A DNA stretch of 64,000 bases from Octopus vulgaris (Eukaryota). The stretch covers positions 109,306,001-109,370,000 of the forward strand of contig OX597816.1 in NCBI GenBank assembly GCA_951406725.2, written 5' to 3'. Each line of letters begins with the position of its first letter. Position 1 is the stretch's first letter. The notes under the pieces were generated by a model. That model saw only the letters and a program-made list of their open reading frames with translations. It did no database searches and had not been told where the DNA came from. The position numbers were made by a program, and so were the translations under genes. Below are positions 43,478-56,372 of this stretch, in pieces.

Positions 43478-46171
43478 CTGAAAGAAATCTTAGGAGTTAT
43501 ATAATTTAATAAAATGTGATAGAATCAAAAGAGTATGAAGTATTTATTTGTAACACATGAAATATTAAAATTAGGAAATGCTGTAGTCTTAAGCGTCTGC
43601 ACTTTCTAAACAGCGCTGAAAAAAATACAGTAAAAAAAAAAGCTACTCATACATTTATACGTTCAATAATAGAAAACTGCTCATATAGAAAACTACTCAT
43701 AATGCAACCATGCATGTATAAGTTATGGAAATAATTATTCAGTTGAAAGCAAAAGTCCTGCCACCAGAGGCTACAACTGTCGATCTGTGTTTATTGTTAC
43801 ATCTATCTAGAAAGCTTCTACGTGGTCGCGCGAACTACTGAAAATAATTATAAAATCTCCTTTTAATTTATTTAATAATCTCTCACATTGCAATATGTAG
43901 GAATGGTCACGACTAAACAATTTTGATCATTAGTCTGCTCATTTCGAAAGCATACATAGTTAAACAATAACAGGAAAAACAAGGACAACGAACACTATCC
44001 ATCAAATATTTCTGATAATATACCATAATATCCCAAAATACCCATTGCATTTCGTCCTTTCTCTGCGATCTACACTAGTTGCGCCCTCATAAACCAACAC
44101 TAGACCCTCTATGACCAATTTTTCAAAGAATCATCCACTTGGAATTCCCTTTCCCTCCTATTGTCTGTTTTCCTCAAATAATAAACTTTACTAATTCCAG
44201 TTGAACATTCAGTATACTAGCTTTATTCAGTTATCTCTAGACTAAATTTATGAAAGCTGCATCGTCTGATACCAAGTAAAGGAAAGAACTTCCTTATTAT
44301 TCTTTCCCTATTAATCTGAATTCTTCTTATTACATGAGATGTACTAGAGCGGTGGACACTGTAACTTTTGATTGTCTTCGGGTTCTCTACATTTTGACTT
44401 CAAATCCTGCCGAGATCAGTTTTTCCTTACATCCTTTCGGGGTTGATAAAAATGAAATTGCAATCAAATGCTGGAGATGATGTGATCAACAAAATCCCTT
44501 CCCTCATAATAATAGGCTTTGTTTTAAAATGAGAAACTCTTATGTGAAATATACTAAGAATCCTTATTGTTAAATTTATTCGCACCAAAAACACTTTGCA
44601 ATAAACCATTTTAATATAACGATTGTCTGTTTGACGTTGAGACCTTTTAAAATCCCTTAATATTTGGGGGCAGAATTGATTGTATGATTAATAAATGTGG
44701 TTTTTGGTTCAGTCCTGCGAGGCATTTTGGACAACGTTCTACTGTTACATCGGGTTGGTTGAATCGTTTTCGTAAAGGGGATCTGTGTGAAATCCTGACG
44801 ATAGGATTCTTTCAGTTTTAAAGTAAGAGAATTAACACGTTGTTCGGTTTAATTCATTTCTCGACTATTGGATCCATTTAGCAGAGTCCATTGTGTTGCA
44901 AGCATCCAGAACTATGTCTTTGGTGTGAGGATTACTTCATCACTATCTTCCGCTTGAAAAAAGTCATAAGCACTGCTCTTCCTCCTCCAAGCCAGCATAA
45001 AAGAACAAAAATCATCCTAATGCAAAAGCTAATTGGGTAAAACATTCAAAATACAAAATATAAAAGCTCTATGATATTTGATATCTCAATGCCAGTACAT
45101 AGTAATTTCTCAACATAGAAGTGCATCCACAAAATCTTACTGCAAGTCTCTTGAAAGTGATACTTTTTCACTCCATGACTTCTTTTTACACCATTTCTTC
45201 CTAATCCTTCAAACCTTCTTAACATTTTGTTAACGCCTTTTGCTCGTCTTCCTTTACTCCCTAGATTTTCCTTTCATTTTCTTCCACTTTGCTTTTAATC
45301 TCTGTTATGTCTTTCATTTTCGCATTCTTCCCCTCTCTAAATTTGTGCTTTTCTCACAGACATCTCTTTTCCTCTCTCATTCTATTTCATTCAGTTTTAT
45401 ACCCATTCTATCTTTCTTAATACACTCACTCTATGAAAATTCTGTTTTTCCATTTCTTATATCTTGCTAAAACTTTATTTTGAAATACGTGATGCATGGG
45501 CGTTAAACCGATGACTGCTAATACAAAGGAAGTATTTGTGTACTTGATAGTTTGCCCGTCGTATCAAAATACTTCGCGCGTTTAACGAGTCACGAGGCAT
45601 TTGGTTCGCTTATTTAAGAAATTTCGTTGTTGGGTGTTAGCTCTTAAATTATAGGCCACTAATTAGCAATTTGTATGGTTTGTCGTTGTTACTTATCCTT
45701 GGTTCAACTTTGATCCACCAAACTCATTATCAAAGTGTTCCAGTCGTACCCGAACTGTCATTTTAAAAATCTTGAATTATCCAATTTTACCTTCCCTTAC
45801 TTAAAGTTTTAGATGTTCTAGTTGACATTTATTTTAGTTCTCAAGCAAATGTTTCCAAATAGATACCGTGTAGCACTGTTTATATAAATATTTTTTGTTA
45901 TTAAATGTCTCACAACAAAGCTAATCATTTGGACAACATTCCAAACGTGAGTTGCAGCATAGATTCAGGCGTGTGTTGTATGTTTGCAACAAATTACTAA
46001 AGAGTGATGGCGTAAGCACTTGGGTATAAAATAGTATTGTTCTAATTCCTGAAAAGTTTATTTGTAAAGTCTGTAGCATTTACAATTCGCTACTGCAACG
46101 TATTAGTCCTCGCTTAGACACATTCCTAAGAATCAACAACAGTAGATTCCCACAAAACATTCTTTTCTACG

Positions 46172-46347
46172 CTAGGCACAAGGCCCGAAATTTTGGAGGA
46201 GGGGGCCAGTCGATAATTTCGAACCCAGTACGCAACTGGTACTTAATTTATCGACTCCTAAAGGATGAAAGGCAAAGTGAACCTTGTCGGAATTTGAACT
46301 CAGAACGTAAAGACAGCCGAAATACCGAGAAACATTTTGCCCGGCGT
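46172..46347 (-). mobile_element. tRNA-derived SINE with a Meta-domain-like core
   Basis: Reverse complement gagttcaaattcc...ctttgcctttcatcc...gtcgataaattaagtaccag; older copies at ~29985-30070, 34770-34800 and 44395-44460. Confidence 0.7.
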
Positions 46348-47043
46348 GAGAAAGAAAACTTGTATGATTATTTCCTAACATAATAAAGTAATGTACCATT
46401 GTCATGCACAAATTTATTAAACTGCGACATTTTTACTCACGTCTGTTTACAGCGTAACCGTGTCATTTTGCGAAATTATATTGCAGCTCTCCCCTTCCGT
46501 GTCTCTCTATTTACACATAGATAAATACTTACACAAACACATACACACATGCACAGAGAGGAATTTTGAACAATTATATGCTTTGTGAACTTTCATTGGC
46601 ACATTTCTTCACTCTTTCCAAGTCATTCGGGATTCATAATTTACATCAGTTTGGCCATTTTCATGATGGCCAAGCTGATGGAAATTATGGTGATTCATTA
46701 AGTAAACACTTTTCATTAGCTGTAGAGTATAATTAGCTATTAAATGTACGAGACCAGAATAGTGTCAAAAGGTAAATGTAACAGCATTACTTAATTAACA
46801 CCGGAACTAAATTACCGAGAAAATCTTTGGCCTACGTTTTCGGACAAATTAACTACCAAATTGCAGCTACTGTAAGCGGATGTTTTACAAGAATAACTTA
46901 TTTTGACAGAATTGTAATTATCTACGTCTTAAGAAACGAGCATATCAGAGACACTTCCGTTAGTGGTGAGAGAATCATATCACTTACCAAATTTTGTCAG
47001 TAGTAAATATATTTCAATTATACATACATACATGCAAACATAC

Positions 47044-47093
<50 letters not shown>

Positions 47094-47449
47094 CATGCAA
47101 ACATATACATACACACACACACACTCACACACACACACACATATACACACACATACATATGCATGCATATGTACACACATGCATATATACAAAAGATATA
47201 TGCAAAAGTATATTTTTCTTTATCTGCAGACACACACATGCATATATGTATGTGATAATAATGTTTTCTGATTTAGGTACAAAGCCAGCAGTTTTGAAAG
47301 AAAGGAGTTTGTCGAGTCCATCGGTCAATGATTTGACTGGAAATTTACCTCGGCTGAAGTTAAAGTCAGAACGTATAGAGCAAGAACAAAGTCATGTGAA
47401 AATAAATAAAGAACATATACTTAAATAAATACATATATTTTTTACATAC

Positions 47450-47471
47450 TTTCCCGGATACTCTACTCTCT
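47450..47471 (-). other. Candidate 22-nt micro-exon, copy B
   Basis: gttattttgtcag|AGAGAGTAGAGTATCCGGGAAA|gtatgt. Confidence 0.55.
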
Positions 47472-47550
47472 CTGACAAAATAACATACATATATACGAAT
47501 TATTTAAATATATCGGGCTTTCATGAAGAAGCAAAGATATCTTCTTTCTC

Positions 47551-47618
<68 letters not shown>

Positions 47619-47666
47619 GAGTGCCACACACATACACACTCACATATATATATATGTGTGTGTGTG

Positions 47667-47918
47667 GTTCCAATTGAATTGATCAACGGAACAGCCTGCT
47701 CGTGAAATTAACGTGGTTGAGCGCTCCACAGACACGTGTACCCTTAACGTAGTTCTTGGGGAGATTCAGCGTGACACAGAGTGTGACAAGGCTTGCCTAG
47801 CTGAGTGGACTGAAGCAACGTGAAATAAAGAGTCTTGCTCAAGGACACAACGCTGGGAATTGAACTCGGAGCCTTACAATCATGAGTTGCATGCCCTAAC
47901 CACTATGCCAGGCGCCTT
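47667..47918 (-). mobile_element. tRNA-derived SINE (internally deleted)
   Basis: Reverse complement begins ggcgcctggcatagtggttagggca...gagttcaattcc; the 3' part matches 61465-61610. Confidence 0.8.
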
Positions 47919-47960
47919 TTATATATATTTTATATATATATATATAAATAGGGATATGCA

Positions 47961-48038
<78 letters not shown>

Positions 48039-48199
48039 GGCAGGTAAATACATAAATGTGAAACAAGGTGTAAAAAAAGAGTGCTCAAATATAGTGGTAA
48101 AGTAATATGCTTTATTTAAAGCAGCAGCCTACAAAACTCTGTTACTCTGAAAGTTTACGTTCTCAGAGTAAAATTTATAGAATTTCTGCATTTAAATAA

Positions 48200-48261
<62 letters not shown>

Positions 48262-51200
48262 AGGGTATAAACAATATATGTATTATATGTACTTATTATA
48301 ATACATATACTTAGTTTTCGTTTCGAGTATTGTATTCTCCACAATATTTGTTATTAAATATTAGCTTTGTATTTGAATAGATTCTCTGATGTACAGAAAT
48401 TTTAAAATTATATGAAGCCTGCACAAAAATATTCTCTTGCCTCAGTAATACACATATAGACAAAGTTACACACTCACGTATACACATGCACATACAAATA
48501 CACACACATAGTCACACACCTACACACATATATAATATATTAAGATAGAGAATGACAAAGAAAGAAAGAAACAGAGAGAAAGAGACAAAGAATAGCGTAT
48601 CGAATAATATATATATATATACTATTCTTTTGTTCGTCTTCTTTGCCTGGCTCTTTTTATTGCCATCTTCGTTTTCTTTTTCTTGTTTTTTAATTTTTAA
48701 TTTAATTTTCTTCGTCTTTATCTTATTTTCCTTCTTTCTCTTCTTCCACTCTTTCTTTTCTCCTTCTCATCATCTCCATAGCTAATGCCCCTTACCTTTC
48801 CAAAATCACCCAAATTTTTACATCCTCAATTAAAGATAACCGCCTCTAGCCCCTGAGGCAACACGAAAAGCCGCCATTATTCAAACAGCGCAACCTGTCT
48901 ATCCCATAAAACTCAATGTTTCCCATATTCCTCACCATGGCAACCAAACAGTAGCCCCGAGCGACTTACAACCCTCCTCACACCATTGCCCACCCCATTT
49001 TATACCCCAGTGTAAATTTTGGCGCCAATCCGACCCCATCTACCGCCCCTTAAACCGTTCCCATCTCAAAATGAGACAAATAACCAAGAAATCAAACAAC
49101 TTTTTCGCATTTCAGCTTTATAGATATTGATGGCGAGACGTAACCTATCAATAAACCGTGTCTGTCTTTTAGATCTAGCTCCCGCTTTTTATATGTATAT
49201 AAACCCAATGGTATATATGTTGTTTAATTTTCTTTAGGAGCTTCCTCGTTATCTCACTTCAGAATTATTAGCAAGTGTGTAAATGTCTTGTAGTTTTTAA
49301 GCGTCAGGTGTTAAATGTATTCACTTCATTCATAATTTATTTATACACTTTTAATAACTACACATTGTAAGATAGGGCCTTAAGTTAAATCAAAGTTACT
49401 ACATGAGTCTCATATAAAATACGTGATGGATTGGTTCAAAGATAAGGACCTTTTAAAGGAGATTAATCATGTGTATACTTTTAAACATCTTTCGCACCTC
49501 TTGAAGTGGAAAATTGTTTCTGTGTAGAACTGGTCACTACGGGTGATTGATTTTGATGTCCTTAACGGTATCTTCATTTTTTACTATTGCACTAGGGTTA
49601 TTTTATAAATATTAATATAAAATCTTTGATATCGTTTATTTTTCAATTCACATGATATTAAAGTTTTAATCTTGTATGTATGTATGTATATATATATATG
49701 TATACAAATATATATATACATATACATATGTGTGTTTGTGTCTGTGTGCGTGCGTGCACACTTTAATATCATATATATACGCAATGTTATTAATTTATAA
49801 TTGTTAAACAGGCGGCGAGTTGGTGGAGTTGATAGACCATGAAGTATAATGTCTCAGGTTATTTCTCGCCGAGATCAACTTTTCTTTCGCGTTTTCGGTC
49901 AATAAAAATGTACTCGCCGTCGATCTATAGATACCAAAAGTATACAAATAAATTATAAGTGAAAGTAACACATTTATTAAGATAAGCACTTTAAGCATTA
50001 AAAGTACCAGACCAAATGCGTTTGCAAGCAATAATTCTACAGTAAGAAATTCATGGCTCTAGATTGGCAATGTATGAACAATCGAGCAGTGCCTTGCAGT
50101 ATTTGCCCAGGCTCTTTGCATTTTTAGTTGCAATCCCGCTTAGGCCTAATTCAGTGGTAGACTTAATCCGGTTTCAGGTTTAATGCCTCCACCTGCCACC
50201 TCTGTTGCTATAATGGAGTTTACTCTATTACTGGCATTCAGGCTTGTTCCTCCGGTTTGAGGATAAATCTTAGTCTTTCTCTGTCACTGGTCTCAGTGAA
50301 TGTGAAATGTGTCATAGACACTCCATTCCCTCTTGACTAAAACCAATAAAAAAAAGCAGGGCCATGCTAACAAATTCTTTTATTCTTTTATTACTTTCAG
50401 TCATTGAACTGCTGTGTTGTTGGAATCTACAAGTGTTTGTAATCGAACATATCAACCGCAGTCTGTTATTTATATCATCGGTGTCTATTGGGCTGAATGG
50501 CTAAGTTTTAACATAAAGCAGACGCAACACTGCATACCATTTCACACCAATATACGAAAACAGAACCTCACACACACACACATACACGCACAATACACAC
50601 ATGCACACTCACACCCGCACGCACATGTACACAGATACGTACACACACACAACCGCTTGTATGTATGTATGTATGTATGTATGTATGTATGTATGTATGT
50701 ATGTATGTATGTATGTATGTATGTATGCATGTATGTATGCCATAAGGTCTGCATATCGGAGGCCTCAAAAGACGTTTTAAGATTCACAAAGATCAGAGCT
50801 TAACTGCAGCTCTTGATGGTCCAAATCAGATATGCAATCTGTGGGTATCTTTTCAATACATTATCTGGTTTAAAAAGCCACGTCAGAATCCATGATGAAT
50901 CAAACGGTTAAGTACAAGAGGTGGTCTGACCCTCCATAGGGAGTAGACAACCACCATGTATTATGTATGTATGCATGTGTGGATGTATATATGTTGGTAT
51001 GTATGTGTGTGCATGTGTGTGTGTATGCGTGTGTGTGCATGTGTGTGTCTGTTTGTAGCAGACTCTACTCAACGTGCATCATTCAGCCCGAGGTTAGAGC
51101 AGAAGACAAATTTTTCAAGGTACTATGCAAATGTATTGAGCATAAAAACAGGGTTATAAAATTATTTCTTAAACTCATGACAATGTTTGCACTCAAATAT

Positions 51201-52339
51201 TGATATTCCAGCATCGTCTTGCCAGTGAAGGATAAAATAAACCAAAGAAATAGTTAAAAATTTAATGACTTGATTGGGCCGATGTCGTGAATTTAGATAA
51301 ATCAAGTGAATACTAATTTAGTGAACGAGCTACGTAACCAATTCTAAATTAATTGAAATCTGCTTCTTAATTGGGTAAGGAGTTGTTTCTTCTCAGCATG
51401 TATATTATTTGTATGACTTCGTCTTAATTTCTTGAATTTGTCACCCATTTTTTTAAGAGTTAGAAACTATTACCGCTAAATATTTGTCAACTGAGCGACA
51501 CATTTGAAATTGCAGCGAACAAGTCGGTATTTTAAATCAGGAAAATATCTTACCAAAGTAGGACCTGGTTCGAACAGTAAGTATAAATTGCAAGCCTTTA
51601 CCTCAGCGTGTTCAACTAGTGGAACAGCACTGTTAATTACTACTAAGATTAGTTATATGAAGTAGACATAAAGGTCTCTTCCATGGGCCGTATTATCGAT
51701 TTTTTCAACAATCGAAGTATGGCACAAGGTTTCCAGACATGAGTTCTACTCACGTGTCAAGTTTCATCAAAATCAATAAAATGATGTAGAAGTTAGCTAA
51801 CAACGCCACTAACACACACCGATTTTCCACATATGTAGTAGATAGGTATACATACAAGGTTTTTTTTCTATATTGCTACCACATATTGTTGCAAAAGAAT
51901 TCATTTGGTCTTTTGCAACACACCAACGATAATGATAATCATAATATGTTCAAAATTCCCGCGGGCAAATGAAATAATTTTTTTAGAATAGTATCGATAA
52001 CTAGGGCACACACTCACCAAAAAGGTTTGCCATACCAAGTCTAAGTAACAATATAAAAATCGATATATATTATATGTTACTTACTATATATTATATACAA
52101 TCCATGGAGAGGAAGGTATTATAATTAAAGTGGTGTAGCCTTATTATATTCTTCGCCACTGGTTATTATGATATCTATCCTCATTTACACCTAAGGCTTG
52201 GTCTATCAGTAGCCTACTATGTATTTGTCATCGAACTGTGAGTTTACTTGACATCCCAGGTCCATTTGTGTACGGCTATTTCTGAGTATTGAGAATATTT
52301 TGAATAGATCATTGTGTATTAGACTAATTTAAATAAACG

Positions 52340-52756
<417 letters not shown>

Positions 52757-53149
52757 TGATTGATCTATCGCAATATAAATCTGTTTTTTTTGTGTATAAA
52801 AATCAGAAACATTGTTTGAGATATCTATGAATTAGAAGGTTGTGAAGTAGGAGAGTTTTCCAAAATATTTTGTAACATAAATGAAACGAAGTGGGCTTTC
52901 ATTGAAAAATTTACCCAAATTGGGAACAGAATGCATTGAGAATGCACTTCTGCAAAAGTTGTTCACCATAATTTAGTTCAACTCCTTTTTGTTTATAAAA
53001 ATGAAAACTAATAAACGTGGACTGAAAATAGATTGTATTTTAATAAAAACTTTTAAATAGCCGAAACAATAACTTGTTTGACAATATACCCATCAGTTGG
53101 ATCTTCATTCCAACTGCAAATTGCAGTCCTAGCTATGGAAGTAGCCATT

Positions 53150-54010
53150 AGCCATCACAGCAAATGTTGATGAAGCTCTTTCTATCCTACATTCTATCAA
53201 GTGTGATGACCCCATAGTTCGGTTATGTTGCCTACACTCTATACTTCAATGATCTGCAAAACGTCACGTCAAAATAGGTCCACTCTTATGCAGATAATAC
53301 AACTCTTCATTCTTCACTAAGCCTTCCTAATGATACATCTTCCATGCAACCTAGAGACCACATACGAAATCTGCACTGGTTCCATGAACAGAAATGCGAA
53401 AGCATCCTTCAATAGAAACATGCTAAACATACGTCTTTAAATAGCATCCCTGCCAAATACCATCAGAACTTCTCATATCACGAAAACATAATCATATCAC
53501 AGTGTTCTTAAGCACGAACATCATGCAATTATAAGCACCCTGATCTCTCCAAAAGTTAAGCCTCACTATCATCAGAGATGTCTAGTAGCAAACTAGGACG
53601 GCATATCAGAAACTGACCTTTGTCTTTAGGTCAGAAATACTTCACCGTCCAACAATTATCGACATTCTAGAAAACTCAAATGAGTCCCACAATGGAATAT
53701 TGTTCCACATCTGTGCTGATGCTGATGATGTACACAAACATCCACGGCCGATTTAGTAAAACTCACAGACACACCCCAGCATCTAGCCCACATGCCCGCA
53801 TGTGAATTACTTTCACTCTAACTTTTCTACCTACACGTTTCAGCATTTGCTTCTCGGAATTGGCTGGTCATATGCCAACTTTCCTTAACACCTTTAAATC
53901 TCTCATCTCCCTTACTCTCATTATACATTTTGTGTGTAACCTCCACACCCCATTCTAACCATTATGCCTAGCTCTTGTACCCACCAAAATTAGAATTTTG
54001 ATATCTTTTC
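53150..54010 (+). pseudogene. Decayed CR1/L2/Jockey-group RT remnant
   Basis: HSYADNTTLH (YADD-like) at 53281 and KTQMSPTMEYCS at ~53671; a related remnant lies at ~58050-58500. Confidence 0.6.
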
Positions 54011-56071
54011 TTTGCCCAACACCTTTTTTTACACGTGTTGCTTTGCAAAACAACACATTATTCTCACTACCTTAACATTTCTAACGGTGGATATTTGTTG
54101 GGAAATAATTTTGTTCTATACTTGCAATATCGTATCATCCTATCCAGAGAGTGGTTTATATTTCAGATATTAGGTACTGCTTAATTTTCATGGTTTTATG
54201 AGACATTATGAATCGTTGAATAATTTACTATTGTATTATAATAGATTATTAAATGTTTTTCGGCAATTTAAACTCAGATATGATGGGTCATTATATCTGG
54301 TTTATGTTAGAAAACTGATCTGAATTACACAAATGAGAGAAAAGCAGTAATGTTCTAACGCTACGATCAGTACTTGCCATAAAATTGTAAACTTAAGCAG
54401 TAATCTCATGTGTTTATGTAGATAGTTGGATAAGTATGGGTAAATTCTGCCCATAGGTATTTAATGTCTGTTTTAAGCCCGAATTGAAAAGGAAAGACAT
54501 CATTGCTAGACACATGTCTCACCAAGATTTTAACGGGAGACTTTGAAAAGTGATTAGACCTATATTACTCCAGCGATAAAGAAATGACGGCATTGCTATT
54601 GAAAATCTGGATGTAGTAGCGGTATATGGACTAAGATGGAAGACATTAGTATTACATCTGACAGTATGAATATGTACTTCTAATTTTAGTAACAAAACTG
54701 CCCCAATTTTTTACCTAATTCTACTCATTGCTTAGCGTAAACATGGTTAAAATATTTGTGGGTACATCTGGTAATCTTTTCGCTTCCACGACAGATAACA
54801 TTCTATTTAGCTTTACCTTTCTACCTGTAACATAACCCTCCAATGTGCCCATGTATGACTAATTAACTAATTTTATTCTAAATTACGTTAAATATTTGTC
54901 TACCCGCTAATGAAGGACATTTCGGATATTATCTGGCAAGCTTTGTGTAGCAGCCAAATCTCTTGATCATTAGCTAAAAATAAATAAATAAAGGGTAAAG
55001 ATTATCTGCCTAAATCGTAAAATGATATTTTCACAATAAAATAAGATAGAATACCGACCAAACAGGCTCGCTCAAGCTGATTTGAAAAGATAATAGATAA
55101 TCAAATATATCACTAAAATTGGCCATGATTCATGGATAGCTATTTTATACCGAGTGATCTTCTCTCACCCTGATTTAAAGTTATATCAATTAGCTATTAA
55201 TGAATCGTATTACTAGCCGCCTTATCACAACTTTAGTATGTAATCAATATTATTAATTATTGCAATCTTGCAGGAACTGAACGTGAAAGAAACCACTGAG
55301 GGACTAAATCAACTCCATTCCATTATTTCTGGTTGTGAGCAGGAGGAAGATATTGCCAGCATATAATTAAACACGGGTTTAGACGAGATATCTTCAACTA
55401 GTCGAAGTTATTTTAAATTGTATTCGTGTTTTAATGAATTGCCGAACGAAATGAAATAAAAAGGAAACCGGTCATCAAAAGTATCTAAACCTAATTATTT
55501 CTACTTGAAGTTCAAACAAAAAATACCAGCCATAAAATCCAAGTTTAAATTTGGTGTTTATTACGAAGTATTCTCAAAGTCACGTAACAAAACTATGTAA
55601 ATACTTGTGGTAGAAAAGTTGAAAAGTTCATGTTTAAGATACTTTGTGCGACTAGATAAATTAGACTATACCCAATAGTAGCATGTCAATTAAGTTTCAA
55701 TGAAACAATAAATTTTATAATGGAGTAAGAATGAGCAAGATAAAATCAAATAAAGAATAATTGAAAACCTTTAGTTCTGAAAGTACTTAAGTAACACGAA
55801 AATCAATGCGCCTGATGGGAAAAGAAGCTGAAGATATTTGAAAGTAGAGGCAGTAATTTAGTGAGATGAATAAGAGATCTGATATATTTGATTATTGTAA
55901 ATCACCAGCTTGCTCATCAATAAATATGGACATTGATGTAACTTTATTTATTTTGTATTGCATTTGATCACAAGTTTCCCTCGGACTAATTACTTATTTA
56001 TTGCATTTCTGACAGTGCGTGATATAAGTTTTCTAGGATTTTTTCTGCTCCTCTAGAATATATATATATAT

Positions 56072-56308
56072 AATTATAATTAGGGTTCAGCTAACTACTT
56101 CACCACATACCGAAATTAGAAATAGGAGTTAAAAATTCATTTCCTGCTACTATAAGAATCTCCATGACGGTAAACATACTTTTTTACGAGAGCAAACAGA
56201 AAAACAATGAATTAACACGACCAGGATTTTACCTCTAAAGGTTATTTTAACGTACCGATCTACATGGTAAAATTTTTTAATTAATTTAATTAATAAATGT
56301 TACCCTTC

Positions 56309-56312
<4 letters not shown>
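56072..56312. mobile_element. Diverged, deleted relative of the 595-bp retrozyme-like element
   Basis: Left end agggttcagc...accacataccgaaattagaaatag resembles 9711-9757; right end ttaatt...tacccttctatta resembles 12190-12220; (AT)n flanks. Confidence 0.6.

Positions 56313-56372
<60 letters not shown>

Noticed and set aside
51541-51629. Exon candidate
   Set aside because: Plausible splice signals occur on both strands and overlap, which shows the chance rate of such matches; cannot be assigned.
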